Source: a virus
Lineage: Duplodnaviria > Caudoviricetes
Reading direction: 5' to 3' (one strand)
Length of the DNA: 34,919 nucleotides
IMG/VR virus record: IMGVR_UViG_3300027653_000036
Span: 1 to 34,919 of that record
A model generated the notes under the pieces. The model was not told the DNA's origin. It was given only the letters and a program-made list of their open reading frames with translations, and made no database searches. Shown one piece after another: positions 25,383 through 34,569 of the stretch; within the stretch, counting starts at the first letter, position 1; each line of letters starts with the position of its first letter. The position numbers were made by a program, and so were the translations under genes.

Positions 25383-25991
25383 TTATTTTCCGACCAATGA
25401 ATTGTATTGATCTGGATTCTCCTGTTTTAGTTTTAATCTTTCTTTGTAAGACATTTTCTTGAAATCATCAGAAGTGATAGTGCCACTTCCTTTTTGGTGA
25501 TTACCAAGTGTAAAGTTTGGTTTTGGGTCATTATTTGGCTCTTCTTCTTTGAATAAGAATGATTTGGACTCCTTCAAACCTTCCACCTGTTCATCAAGTC
25601 CAACAATCTTATCTCCATCAATAACAAGTTTTTCTTTGTCAATAAGACTTGCTGCAAGTTCTTCATCATGTACTTTACCTGCAAGTGCTAATTTAATAGC
25701 ATTTGTGATTGCATTGTCTTTTAACTTAGTTTCAAATTGCTCTTTTTGCTCTTTGTTTTCGTTCTCCAAATCAGTAATGCGGTTTGTTAATTCCTCGTTG
25801 TCTTTTACTTCTTTCTTGAGGTTAGCAAGCTGTGTGTCGCGATCATCCAGTTGCTCTTTTAAGTTATCTCTTTCAGTCGTCACTGTTTCAAGCTCTTCTT
25901 TCGTGCTGTTAACTGTTTTTCCGTGTTCTTTCATAACTGCTTCGATTTGTTCATCGTTAAGCCCTTGTTCTTTTAAAAACTCTCTATTCAT
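25383..25991 (-). CDS. Capsid scaffolding protein (Phage_GP20 family)
   Basis: MNREFLKEQGL..EQI..VM.EHGK, coiled coil, GLDEQ...LKES..FLF. Confidence 0.9.
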   Translation of the reverse strand: MNREFLKEQGLNDEQIEAVMKEHGKTVNSTKEELETVTTERDNLKEQLDDRDTQLANLKKEVKDNEELTNRITDLENENKEQKEQFETKLKDNAITNAIKLALAGKVHDEELAASLIDKEKLVIDGDKIVGLDEQVEGLKESKSFLFKEEEPNNDPKPNFTLGNHQKGSGTITSDDFKKMSYKERLKLKQENPDQYNSLVGK

Positions 25992-26006
25992 CAATATCTC
26001 TCCTTA

Positions 26007-26113
26007 CATAATTTTTACGTGTATGACCACGATAGGATAGCTATTTAACGCATTAGCTGCGAATGATTGCATAATAAACAAGCCTGTTTATGTCGTCTAT
26101 TGCTTAAAGACGA
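26007..26113 (-). promoter_or_regulatory. Structured 5' leader of the scaffold gene (three tandem H-type pseudoknots)
   Basis: Three stems whose loops each pair with a downstream segment (see findings). Confidence 0.55.
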
Positions 26114-26170
26114 GTTGTGTTAGTAAAGCGTTAGATATGCCATTTTCTTACGAGTCATGGCGACCACCTC

Positions 26171-26317
26171 CTAATCGAAGTATTGAGGTTTCTTATCTTT
26201 TTCCAATTCACGTACTTTTCTGATTAAAACTGCCATATCGTAATTCATGGCTTGGATGGTCTTTTCTAGTTGCTCCACCTTATTTTCAAGTTCAGCAACT
26301 TTTTTGCCACTAAACAT
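26171..26317 (-). CDS. Small coiled-coil protein (48 aa)
   Basis: MFSGKKVAELENKVEQLEKT..., TGATG-coupled to the minor capsid gene. Confidence 0.6.
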   Translation of the reverse strand: MFSGKKVAELENKVEQLEKTIQAMNYDMAVLIRKVRELEKDKKPQYFD

Positions 26318-27420
26318 CAATAAACACGCTCCCTGTCGTACCGCCTTGTGCGACCTGTACGCTTAGTAAACTCTCTTGCATCAGCTTGTCTATCTAACAT
26401 TTTTCTATGAGCCTTAGCAGCACCTTCTTCGTCTCCAATTTCAGTAAGCATGGCTTTTTCACGTTTAGCGTATCTTATTTGTCTTTCGAGATAGCGTTGT
26501 TTTTGTGAGTTCTCATATTGCCGTTCATTGACTTCTTGGTCTCTCGGTGTATATCGCTTATTACTAATTCCAGGAACATACGCATATTTAACATGCCCAC
26601 AATTGATGCCAAACAAGCCCGCTGGCTCTCCAATACTTGTATCTGCAAGTGCTGGATAGTTGGTATCATTGCCACTTCGTGAAAATATACGACCTTGATA
26701 TGGAGCACATAACGGTCTTGCACCATCATGAGCACTAACTTCTACTAAATCAACGCCGTATTCATCAAATCTAGCGTCTTGCATATCGTTAGCCACATTA
26801 TTACTGACCGAACGAAAAATCATGCTAGAATAAGCTTCTGGACTCCATCTTTTGCCTGCTCTATCAATCAATGCAGGAACTCCTGTCTCGCTCCATTCGG
26901 ATATTGTAGAACGCATGGCTTGTTGAGCAGTCACATTGCCGGACATCACTTTCCCTGTTGTTTGATTAAGTATGTCGATATAAACTTGTTGGGATTGATC
27001 TAGCATTGTCGTGTTAACAAGATTAAAAGAATTCAGTGCTTGTCGTTCATACGATTCTAGGATATTTAGTAGTGTGGTGCTTTCCATCATGTCTGGTGCC
27101 TCGTTCAACCTTCCCGCCTTCACACCACGTTTTAATGTTCCCTCGTTTTCACGAATGGAATCAAAACCAGCTTTTTCAAGCTGTTTTCTTACCTGTTCAA
27201 CAGTTTTCCCCGAATATTCTGCGATGGTTCGTAAATTTTCCATCGAAAGTGACTCAACTTCATTCAAAGCTTGCATTTGCCAGGCAACGATATCATCATC
27301 TGTAAGTAGTGAATAGTGCTTTCTAAGTCTTTTAGCGATGTTCATGAGTAATTGTTCTTCAATCTCCAAATAAACGTCTACAACAGGCTGGGATAGTCTT
27401 TGGAGTTTGTCTTTGTCCAT
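26317..27420 (-). CDS. Minor capsid protein (Phage_min_cap2, A118 gp4-like)
   Basis: D.AGKRWS.E.Y, VSAH.GARP.CAPYQG, GLFGINCGH, QR.LERQIR. Confidence 0.9.
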   Translation of the reverse strand: MDKDKLQRLSQPVVDVYLEIEEQLLMNIAKRLRKHYSLLTDDDIVAWQMQALNEVESLSMENLRTIAEYSGKTVEQVRKQLEKAGFDSIRENEGTLKRGVKAGRLNEAPDMMESTTLLNILESYERQALNSFNLVNTTMLDQSQQVYIDILNQTTGKVMSGNVTAQQAMRSTISEWSETGVPALIDRAGKRWSPEAYSSMIFRSVSNNVANDMQDARFDEYGVDLVEVSAHDGARPLCAPYQGRIFSRSGNDTNYPALADTSIGEPAGLFGINCGHVKYAYVPGISNKRYTPRDQEVNERQYENSQKQRYLERQIRYAKREKAMLTEIGDEEGAAKAHRKMLDRQADAREFTKRTGRTRRYDRERVY

Positions 27421-28904
27421 TAGCTACCCCTCCCACCAAAGAAGTTAACTGATTCCTCGGTTTGTGTTGCTCTTTCTTCGTTGATTTCATCCATGAGCTT
27501 TCTTGCTTCTTCTTCTGTATAGCCATGAATAACCATGATTGCTTTTAATCGTGATTGAAGCCTATTGTTAACAAGTTGAATCTGCCGTCTTTCTTCTGCC
27601 TCACTATCTTCGACAATCGAATCATCAAAAGTAACAGTGATTTCTAAGTCATCTGGTGCACTGACTAAATCATAATAGCTGCCAATCTCGACAATTGACT
27701 GAATGAGTTCTTGTAGTCCTGCTTCGATGATAATTTCATGAGACTTCTTAGACTTGAACGTCTTAGATTGCTCACTTACTACCTCTGTAGCTGTCTTCAT
27801 GCTTTCGCCATCAAAAGTGAATGTTCCACTTGAAAAGCCTGTCTGCATGGAGAATAAGTTTAATAGAGCGTTGATTGCTCCAACGTGTTCTTCCACTCGT
27901 AATTCTACAGAGATATCTTGAATTTTGTTATCGTCCATTTCTCCGCTATTGAATGCCTCGTATGTTTCATCTGTAGAATCAAAATAACGATGTGCTGCAC
28001 CTGTCTCCGGGTCAATTACTGTCTTAACCATATGAGCAGGAATAATGATTCTCTTTCTACCTAGCCTAAATTCACGATGAAAACTATCAAACGCCGTGTC
28101 GATTGCCTTCATGGTGTCCATAGCATTGGCGAAAATAGAAATGCCTAGTGGTGATTGAATGTCAATATTGTTCGCTGTGTTCGGCTTGATGTAAACGAAT
28201 ATAGGCTTCTTAACCTTAGGCATTCCTACAACTGGATCTAATCCAGGATAAAGAGTTTCTAATGGTATTTGTTTTCCTAAATCAGCACCTGTTTGTGATT
28301 CATAAAGTTCATTGGTGATTGTATAAACGCCATTTTCCCAAGTGTGCCATTCTAAAAGCGTGTATTTCTTTCTCCCTTTTTGTGTTTCGTTTATGAAAAC
28401 ACCTTCTGTAATCGTCTCATTACTCCAAGCGATAGGAATGAAGCAATCAGCAGTAACAAAGGACAACTTCATTTTGTCATCTTCTACATACGGTTTTATG
28501 ACCATACCACCATGAGCGAATGAGTATTCAAGGAAGTCCTGGAATTTCTTGTTGAACTTATTATGCCTAAATACTTCATCGATGAATTTAGCTGTTTCGT
28601 TTTCTCCATCACCTATGGATATTTCGCATTTCTCATTAAAAACAAGTGAAGCCATTTCGGCAGCACTCGTTTTAGCCATGTTTAACGTCATCATGCGGCG
28701 TGTTTTTTGTCCATCTATCGTATTGTATCTAACTAAATGCCACGGCTCGTGATAGCCCTTGTACAACGCCTGCCACGTTTCGATATGGTTATACATTTCT
28801 TCATTAATGTAAATGTCTTTATGATCTGCTACAGATTCAATAGATTTCATAAGTCCGATTCTCATCAAGCCTCCTTTCAAGAAATCCATTATTTTACGCC
28901 ACAA
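27420..28904 (-). CDS. Portal protein (A118 family)
   Basis: MASLVFNE, YTLLEWH, SPLGISI, FDDSI; follows TerL. Confidence 0.93.
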   Translation of the reverse strand: MWRKIMDFLKGGLMRIGLMKSIESVADHKDIYINEEMYNHIETWQALYKGYHEPWHLVRYNTIDGQKTRRMMTLNMAKTSAAEMASLVFNEKCEISIGDGENETAKFIDEVFRHNKFNKKFQDFLEYSFAHGGMVIKPYVEDDKMKLSFVTADCFIPIAWSNETITEGVFINETQKGRKKYTLLEWHTWENGVYTITNELYESQTGADLGKQIPLETLYPGLDPVVGMPKVKKPIFVYIKPNTANNIDIQSPLGISIFANAMDTMKAIDTAFDSFHREFRLGRKRIIIPAHMVKTVIDPETGAAHRYFDSTDETYEAFNSGEMDDNKIQDISVELRVEEHVGAINALLNLFSMQTGFSSGTFTFDGESMKTATEVVSEQSKTFKSKKSHEIIIEAGLQELIQSIVEIGSYYDLVSAPDDLEITVTFDDSIVEDSEAEERRQIQLVNNRLQSRLKAIMVIHGYTEEEARKLMDEINEERATQTEESVNFFGGRGS

Positions 28905-28918
28905 GTTGAATCACCGCC

Positions 28919-30235
28919 TTAGAATTTCAATCCTAGCTTTCTTAAATTATCGTTAACGTAATACTGGAACATATCAGCTGTATGGTCGTCGATCTCGATC
29001 GGGCGAGGCTTCGACGTCCTTAAGCTATCCGCATCCCAACGGTATTTCTTGTGTTCTTCAATAAAAACCTGGTTATTTGGAGTGTCTAAATAATAAAAAC
29101 GACCTTGTGCTAAAAGGTCGTGAACGTTGTCAATCATATCTATTTTTGTTTTCTTAGCGATCGGATGCATTCTGATTCCATAATCTTTAAATACTTGGTT
29201 TCGTAAAGCACCCTCAGCACTATCAATGGTTTCTTTGTCGATGTTTTTCTTGTAAGCTTCAAGTATGCTACTTCTCCACTCAAAAAACTCTTGTGATAGC
29301 TCGCTTGGTGCTTTTTTGTTCACTTTTCCGCTTGGTGAATAATAGTAAGTATCTAGTAATATAACGTTTTGTTTTGCCGTTAATGCGAACGCTCCATGTG
29401 TTGTTGCTGATACTTGATGCCCTGTGTCTGTCGATGTATCAATCAATATAATTGGATCATCGTCAGGCAATTCTTTCAGTGGTTTAAACAGATTCATATT
29501 GTAAACATTCGTTCCTAGTCCTACTGGCTCACCAAGATATAAATATCTATAATAATCGTAATCATTACGTTTAATACGATTAATATCTGCAAGCATCTGC
29601 TCAGTAACGAAACCTAGTTCATCATCCTTGTATGACGATTCGTGTACTAAATAGTCATCCTCACCTTTCATACTGTCTGACCATTCATTTATCCATGCAT
29701 ATGGATTTCTAGGTGGGTTATAACTCCAAAAAAACTGCACAAATGGTGCTAATTCATGAACTTGTCGCATGAAAGTAACGTTGGTTTGGTCAAACTCTTC
29801 TACACTATCGAATTCAGCTGATTCTTCGTACCAAACAGCGATAATATCGTTAATGTCATTCGACTTTAACTTTTCAAACTGATCTAAGCCGTAGAAATAA
29901 AACGTTGAGCCAGTTCCAATGTGCGTGATTTTAAATGGTGCGACCGTCATTTTAAATTGATTAGTCATTCCAAACTTGCCAATCGCCCATTGCATTTTGT
30001 TGTAAACCGAATCTCTTATCGTACTAGCGACTTTACGAATAACGACTACATTTGCCCTTTTACCTCGCATGATGTACCACAGCATCATGAAAACGAGTTT
30101 TAACGCTATGACAGATGATTTAAAAGAGTTACGTCCACCACGTAAAATGTTGTAAGGTTTTTTAGATGTCCAAACATCTTTAAAGTGAGGATTGACGTTT
30201 TTCTGAATGTCGATAGTAACTTTACTCATCGGCAT
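28919..30235 (-). CDS. terL: Terminase large subunit, PBSX family
   Basis: GGRNSFKS Walker A, WYEE Walker B, SYNPP, DDHTAD nuclease motif. Confidence 0.96.
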   Translation of the reverse strand: MPMSKVTIDIQKNVNPHFKDVWTSKKPYNILRGGRNSFKSSVIALKLVFMMLWYIMRGKRANVVVIRKVASTIRDSVYNKMQWAIGKFGMTNQFKMTVAPFKITHIGTGSTFYFYGLDQFEKLKSNDINDIIAVWYEESAEFDSVEEFDQTNVTFMRQVHELAPFVQFFWSYNPPRNPYAWINEWSDSMKGEDDYLVHESSYKDDELGFVTEQMLADINRIKRNDYDYYRYLYLGEPVGLGTNVYNMNLFKPLKELPDDDPIILIDTSTDTGHQVSATTHGAFALTAKQNVILLDTYYYSPSGKVNKKAPSELSQEFFEWRSSILEAYKKNIDKETIDSAEGALRNQVFKDYGIRMHPIAKKTKIDMIDNVHDLLAQGRFYYLDTPNNQVFIEEHKKYRWDADSLRTSKPRPIEIDDHTADMFQYYVNDNLRKLGLKF

Positions 30236-30995
30236 CAGTCCAAGCGTCTACAATTGTGATTTCTGGTGGAGCATCGTTTGTATTCTCTTTGTTGATTTTC
30301 TCAATTTCAGCGTTATTTTTATCAATGATAGATTGCATTCGTTTAACTTCTAATAATCTATCATCGTCATAATTAGCGATTTCAACATATTGCTTTAACA
30401 TATTTCGTAACTCTGCCATTGACCTACTAAGCGAATTCATAAAAGTAGCTTGCTTATCCCAAGAAGCATGAACTTCATACGTTTCCTCAATGGTGAATTC
30501 ATCTTCTTTTTCTTTGGTCTTGAAAGTAGTGTGATCTTCTCTATCTTCAACAAACATAATCTGTTGTGCTCTTAAAATTGATGCAAATTGCATTTTGATG
30601 TTCATGTATAGTATTTCTAACGGGTCTATGTCATCTATCTCATTTACAATGTTCAACGTTTCCTCTGGCAAGTATTTGGAGAATAAACCGTGAGTCACTG
30701 CTGCCCTGTTCCGTTTTGTAAATTGATTCTTTGGGTTAGGGTTGCCGCTTCTGTTTTTCTGTTTATTAGATGAAGTTTTCTTTTTTTGTCTCGGTTGCAT
30801 CCCTTCGTTTTTTTGGGTTGCATCCTTTTCGATGGTTGCATCTTTTTTTGGAGTTGCACCCCTCGACCATTTTTCACGACTTCGGCGACTTTTTAAGGTG
30901 CCAAGTTTAACGTCGTGTTTTTCTGCTAAATCCTTAAACGTGATCTTTGTTGTTTCCCATTCATGTCTAATTTCTTCCCAATTAGGTTTTGACAT
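30222..30995 (-). CDS. terS: Terminase small subunit
   Basis: N-terminal HTH (LAEKHDVK.GTLKSR.SREKW), N..A.THGLFSKYLP; upstream of TerL. Confidence 0.9.
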   Translation of the reverse strand: MSKPNWEEIRHEWETTKITFKDLAEKHDVKLGTLKSRRSREKWSRGATPKKDATIEKDATQKNEGMQPRQKKKTSSNKQKNRSGNPNPKNQFTKRNRAAVTHGLFSKYLPEETLNIVNEIDDIDPLEILYMNIKMQFASILRAQQIMFVEDREDHTTFKTKEKEDEFTIEETYEVHASWDKQATFMNSLSRSMAELRNMLKQYVEIANYDDDRLLEVKRMQSIIDKNNAEIEKINKENTNDAPPEITIVDAWTDADE

Positions 30996-31166
30996 TTACA
31001 TGCACCTGCCACCTCCGAAGATTATTTTTATATATGTAAACAATGTTTTTTAAAATGTTTAAACCACCCACTAACCGATTGTTAGCAGGTGGCTCAAAAG
31101 GAGGAAAGTTATGAGTAAGGTGGAGCATTTTACCGCACCGCACCTACCTCCAATTATAATCTTTTG

Positions 31167-31628
31167 TTAAGAATTACAACTAATTACTTTATTTTTCGTT
31201 ATTTGTTCGTTTTGTTCAGTTTTGTAACATTCATACATATCGTTTACAATCATTTCCTTTCTGTTACTAATGCCTGATAGTGACATGTTCATTTCTTTTG
31301 CGATATCTCTCATCGGTTCTCCGTTTAAAAGTTTACTTAAAATTATTTGATTTTTTACTCCTTTTACTTTCTTAGAATATTTCTGAATGAACATGACTTT
31401 TTGTGTAATCTTTTCGTTGTACACATCGTTTTTTTCTAACCTAAGCACTTCTTGATAAACAGGATCGCTATTTGTTCCTTGTGGTTTAGGAAGAGTTGCT
31501 TCAATTCCATATACTGTAGTTAAACCCTGACTAGTTCCTGTGGCTTCAAGCCTACTTGAAATAAGCATTCTCATCATCCAGTTGTAATCTTTAATCATTT
31601 CGTGGATTTCCCGCTTATTTATCTTCAT
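31167..31628 (-). CDS. Late transcriptional activator (ArpU/RinA-like, sigma-70 region 4-type HTH)
   Basis: YGIEATLPK..G..SDPV, C-terminal MRDIAKEMNMSLSGI HTH; last gene before terS. Confidence 0.78.
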   Translation of the reverse strand: MKINKREIHEMIKDYNWMMRMLISSRLEATGTSQGLTTVYGIEATLPKPQGTNSDPVYQEVLRLEKNDVYNEKITQKVMFIQKYSKKVKGVKNQIILSKLLNGEPMRDIAKEMNMSLSGISNRKEMIVNDMYECYKTEQNEQITKNKVISCNS

Positions 31629-31758
31629 TCCACCCAGCCCCCTCTTTGAATAGCGATTCTGCGTACTTGCTTCTTTCAATCGGCTCAGGTGGCTTTTTGA
31701 TTTTCCTTCGCCATGGATTGAATCCGAATTTGATTACAATCGGTTTCTTATTTTTCAC
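31615..31758 (-). CDS. Small basic hypothetical protein (47 aa)
   Basis: Manual ORF with GTG start and RBS GGGGGCGG. Confidence 0.5.
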   Translation of the reverse strand: MKNKKPIVIKFGFNPWRRKIKKPPEPIERSKYAESLFKEGAGWNEDK

Positions 31759-31813
31759 AAGACCGCCCCCAGTTTGTGATTTGTGGTATAATTTATTTAG
31801 ACTATTTAACTTA

Positions 31814-31840
31814 GGACTGGGAGCGATCCCGGTCTTTTTT
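31814..31840. terminator. Intrinsic terminator downstream of a plus-strand TGnTATAAT
   Basis: GACTGGGA-gcga-TCCCGGTC followed by T6. Confidence 0.7.
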
Positions 31841-31982
31841 ATTTATAACTACAATCTTCACAGTAAGTAGCTACCATCTTTCCTTTTCTCATTACGAAAA
31901 GTGCGTTTAATCCTTTTTCAATGTGCTTCATGCAGATACTACAAAACACGTGATTCTTCTTTACTTTTGTTAATGTTCTCAT
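31839..31982 (-). CDS. Small zinc-finger-like protein (47 aa)
   Basis: CSIC...CEDC; RBS AAGGAG. Confidence 0.65.
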   Translation of the reverse strand: MRTLTKVKKNHVFCSICMKHIEKGLNALFVMRKGKMVATYCEDCSYK

Positions 31983-32017
31983 TTTCTCGCTCCTTCGTTG
32001 TTTAATCGAACTGTGAA

Positions 32018-32326
32018 TTAATATTCAGTTGAGGCAATAATGCAAGGTGCATTTAGTTTTTCACTTTCTATGACTTGGGAAAATGTTTTTCGAACCCATA
32101 AATCGTTTCCTTGTCTAATCATTTGTTGTGCCATTTTTTGTTCTTCAATTGGTAATTCATCAATATGAATTAAAGTTGTTCCTTTGTTTGGATCAATTTC
32201 CTCAAAAAATTGTTCATCGTATGCTTCATCTTTTTCTAATCCAGTTTGATTCATATACCATTCAAGTGCTTGCTCTACATTTTCTGCGTAAACCCAATCA
32301 TATTCATTCAATCTAAACACTTTCAT
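32018..32326 (-). CDS. Hypothetical protein
   Basis: MKVFRLNEYDWV...IIASTEY; RBS AGGAGG. Confidence 0.8.
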   Translation of the reverse strand: MKVFRLNEYDWVYAENVEQALEWYMNQTGLEKDEAYDEQFFEEIDPNKGTTLIHIDELPIEEQKMAQQMIRQGNDLWVRKTFSQVIESEKLNAPCIIASTEY

Positions 32327-32449
32327 TTCAATCCTCCTAACGACACAGTTTTTGTCAACTGTTCGGTAAATTCCGATCAGTTCTACTCCACCCAATCAAA
32401 TGCTAACTTCATAACTCCATAAGTTACTAGGCCGATTAATAAAGCTAAA

Positions 32450-33142
32450 TTAATAACCATTTTCTTGCCTTTCGTGATTGATCTCGTTCTTTTTGTAATA
32501 TGCATCAACTATTTGTTCCCAAGTGAAGCCTAGCATTTCGCCTAAACCAAGAAACAACTGAACTACAAATTGATACTGCCCTGCAATTTCACCTTCAGTT
32601 CCAAATTCACGTTCGAAAATGCAGTCCTCTAAATATCCAATGTTGTCAAATAGCCTATTTAACTGTTTTGTTATGTTTTTATATTTAACAACTGATTGAA
32701 CTCCGGAAATGTTTAGATTTACAGGAAACCTTGCATGGTCATATTGTTCGTATTCTTCCAACCCAATACTCAATATAAAGTGCAAGCAATCAACGTATTC
32801 TTCTAGGAGTGGGTTTCTGTCTATAACTAAAAACCCTGCACATTTTTCGCAATAATACCAATGGTTTCCTAGTCCGTGTGTGCCATGCTTTTTGTCTTTT
32901 GGTGGATTACCTCTGTAATATCCTTTTTCGAGACAATCAGGGCAACTTTCTCTTTTGAATACATTCGCCCTCCGATCCTCACTCCAAAACTTAAACCCTC
33001 GCCAATTTTGTGCTAACTCCCCAAGTTCTACTTGCAAAGCTAGAATCTTTTTATCTAGTAAATCCTGCCCCTGTAACCCTTTTTCCTCTACGATTTTATT
33101 GTCTAATTCTCTTTGTGTTTCGAACAGTTTAGTTAAATTCAT
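32450..33142 (-). CDS. dut: Dimeric dUTPase (dUTPase_2)
   Basis: ALQVELGELA..WRGFKFWS, LLEEYVDCLHFILSIG, KNEINHERQ. Confidence 0.92.
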   Translation of the reverse strand: MNLTKLFETQRELDNKIVEEKGLQGQDLLDKKILALQVELGELAQNWRGFKFWSEDRRANVFKRESCPDCLEKGYYRGNPPKDKKHGTHGLGNHWYYCEKCAGFLVIDRNPLLEEYVDCLHFILSIGLEEYEQYDHARFPVNLNISGVQSVVKYKNITKQLNRLFDNIGYLEDCIFEREFGTEGEIAGQYQFVVQLFLGLGEMLGFTWEQIVDAYYKKNEINHERQENGY

Positions 33143-33381
33143 TTACACTCTCCTCCTCTTGTTTTATCAGCGATCATCATTGCAAAATTAGCTATATCCG
33201 CACATTCTTCGATTGCACCGTCATAATCTCTGTCCTCTAGGCAGGAAACCAACTCATTAAATTCGTCATCAAGTCGGTGCATTAAGAAAACATACGAACA
33301 ATCATCCCGCCCACCCTTATGGTCGTTATCTCTTAATTTCGATTCCATTTCATTAGCGAACCATCTTACTGATTCTCTCAT
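33139..33381 (-). CDS. MazG-like/all-alpha NTP-PPase-type small protein
   Basis: E..EL...EECADIANFAMMI. Confidence 0.65.
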   Translation of the reverse strand: MRESVRWFANEMESKLRDNDHKGGRDDCSYVFLMHRLDDEFNELVSCLEDRDYDGAIEECADIANFAMMIADKTRGGECK

Positions 33382-33566
33382 TCGATATATCCCCTCTCCC
33401 TCATAAGCTCCCAAGTCTCCCTATCAAACACATGCCTTTTCTGCGTCCTCCGTCCAAATTGCTCTGTGACTAAATCAGCAAGTAAATACTGCTCATCTAT
33501 CTCAATCACATCAATAACGCTTATGATCTTTATCTGAACGTCTTTTAAAAATGTATTTTCATGCAT
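33378..33566 (-). CDS. Hypothetical protein
   Basis: 62 aa with overlapping start/stop coupling. Confidence 0.65.
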   Translation of the reverse strand: MHENTFLKDVQIKIISVIDVIEIDEQYLLADLVTEQFGRRTQKRHVFDRETWELMRERGYIE

Positions 33567-33720
33567 TGATTAACAACAACCTTCGTTTATGAGTCCACTT
33601 GCGATTTTCGGCTTTAACAGTTTCCTTAATTTCACCGACCGCATATACTTCAATGACTTGTAGCAAATCTCTTTCTTGATTAATTGCTTTTCGCTCAATC
33701 ATCCATCGTGGAGTTCTCAT
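33559..33720 (-). CDS. Hypothetical protein (53 aa)
   Basis: Manual ORF MRTPRWMIERK..., ATGA overlap, RBS GGAG. Confidence 0.55.
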   Translation of the reverse strand: MRTPRWMIERKAINQERDLLQVIEVYAVGEIKETVKAENRKWTHKRRLLLINA

Positions 33721-34124
33721 ATCTCCACAAACCTCCCTTTTTCTAGCTTCACAAGCGTTAACTTATGCGGGTACTTGTGATTAAAAAGTTTTTCCTTTAT
33801 TCTAAACACCTGCGTAAGCGGTGCTCCCTTCACGTCCACAACCTCTATCGAGCCATCACGATGATGTATTTCAAAATCTGCTATGTAATCGATGGCTCTG
33901 TGTCTTTTCCCATGTTTCTCGAATGAATCTAGCAATCTATATCTTGGTTGTGTCCTAAAAAAGAGTATTTCCCCTGCTTTTTCACGTAATTTCAATTCTG
34001 AATAGTAAAGTGCCTCTGCCTTCGAATCGAACGTCAGACCGTCTATTTCGACCTTTCTGTTGCCGTATTTATTGCGACGTTTTCGGTTCATCTGTCTATA
34101 CTGTTTTGCTGTCATCCGTTTCAT
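33717..34124 (-). CDS. DUF1064-family endonuclease-like protein
   Basis: KYGNRKV..DG..FDSK.EA..Y, YIADF, VVDVKG. Confidence 0.88.
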   Translation of the reverse strand: MKRMTAKQYRQMNRKRRNKYGNRKVEIDGLTFDSKAEALYYSELKLREKAGEILFFRTQPRYRLLDSFEKHGKRHRAIDYIADFEIHHRDGSIEVVDVKGAPLTQVFRIKEKLFNHKYPHKLTLVKLEKGRFVEI

Positions 34125-34297
34125 CTCGCAACACCGTGTAAATAAGCAAATACATGCTCAGGCTTACACTTTTCGGTGATGTACATGTACTCTAATTCCG
34201 CTAAACTATAATCGTATAAAGGTTTGCGAAGATAGATAATCGGATCGAGTCTGAATAATTCATCGATTAAAAATTCCTTTCTTTTTTGTGCCTGCAT
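34121..34297 (-). CDS. FbpA-like small protein (58 aa)
   Basis: RK.FLIDEL...LYDYSLAELE pattern; RBS AGGAGG. Confidence 0.6.
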   Translation of the reverse strand: MQAQKRKEFLIDELFRLDPIIYLRKPLYDYSLAELEYMYITEKCKPEHVFAYLHGVAR

Positions 34298-34308
34298 TTG
34301 TATACCTC

Positions 34309-34569
34309 CTAAAACAGTGTCATTTGTTTTTCTGACTCTCCGAACTGTCTTGTATATTCTCTTTTAAACTTCGTCTCCAAATCTCCGAAAAACCGTTTGG
34401 GTATGTGTTTTGTTAAGCCTTCGACCGTGAAAATCTCGATGTAGTCATATTCATACAATTCGTCAATGCTGTTACAAAATCCAATTACGGGTATGAATTC
34501 GCGACCGTCATAATGTCCTCTTAGGTGCATGCCTTCTTTACCTTTTGTAATACTGAATATCATTAGCAT
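34309..34569 (-). CDS. Hypothetical protein
   Basis: Ends QMTLF; TGATG-coupled start. Confidence 0.65.
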   Translation of the reverse strand: MLMIFSITKGKEGMHLRGHYDGREFIPVIGFCNSIDELYEYDYIEIFTVEGLTKHIPKRFFGDLETKFKREYTRQFGESEKQMTLF

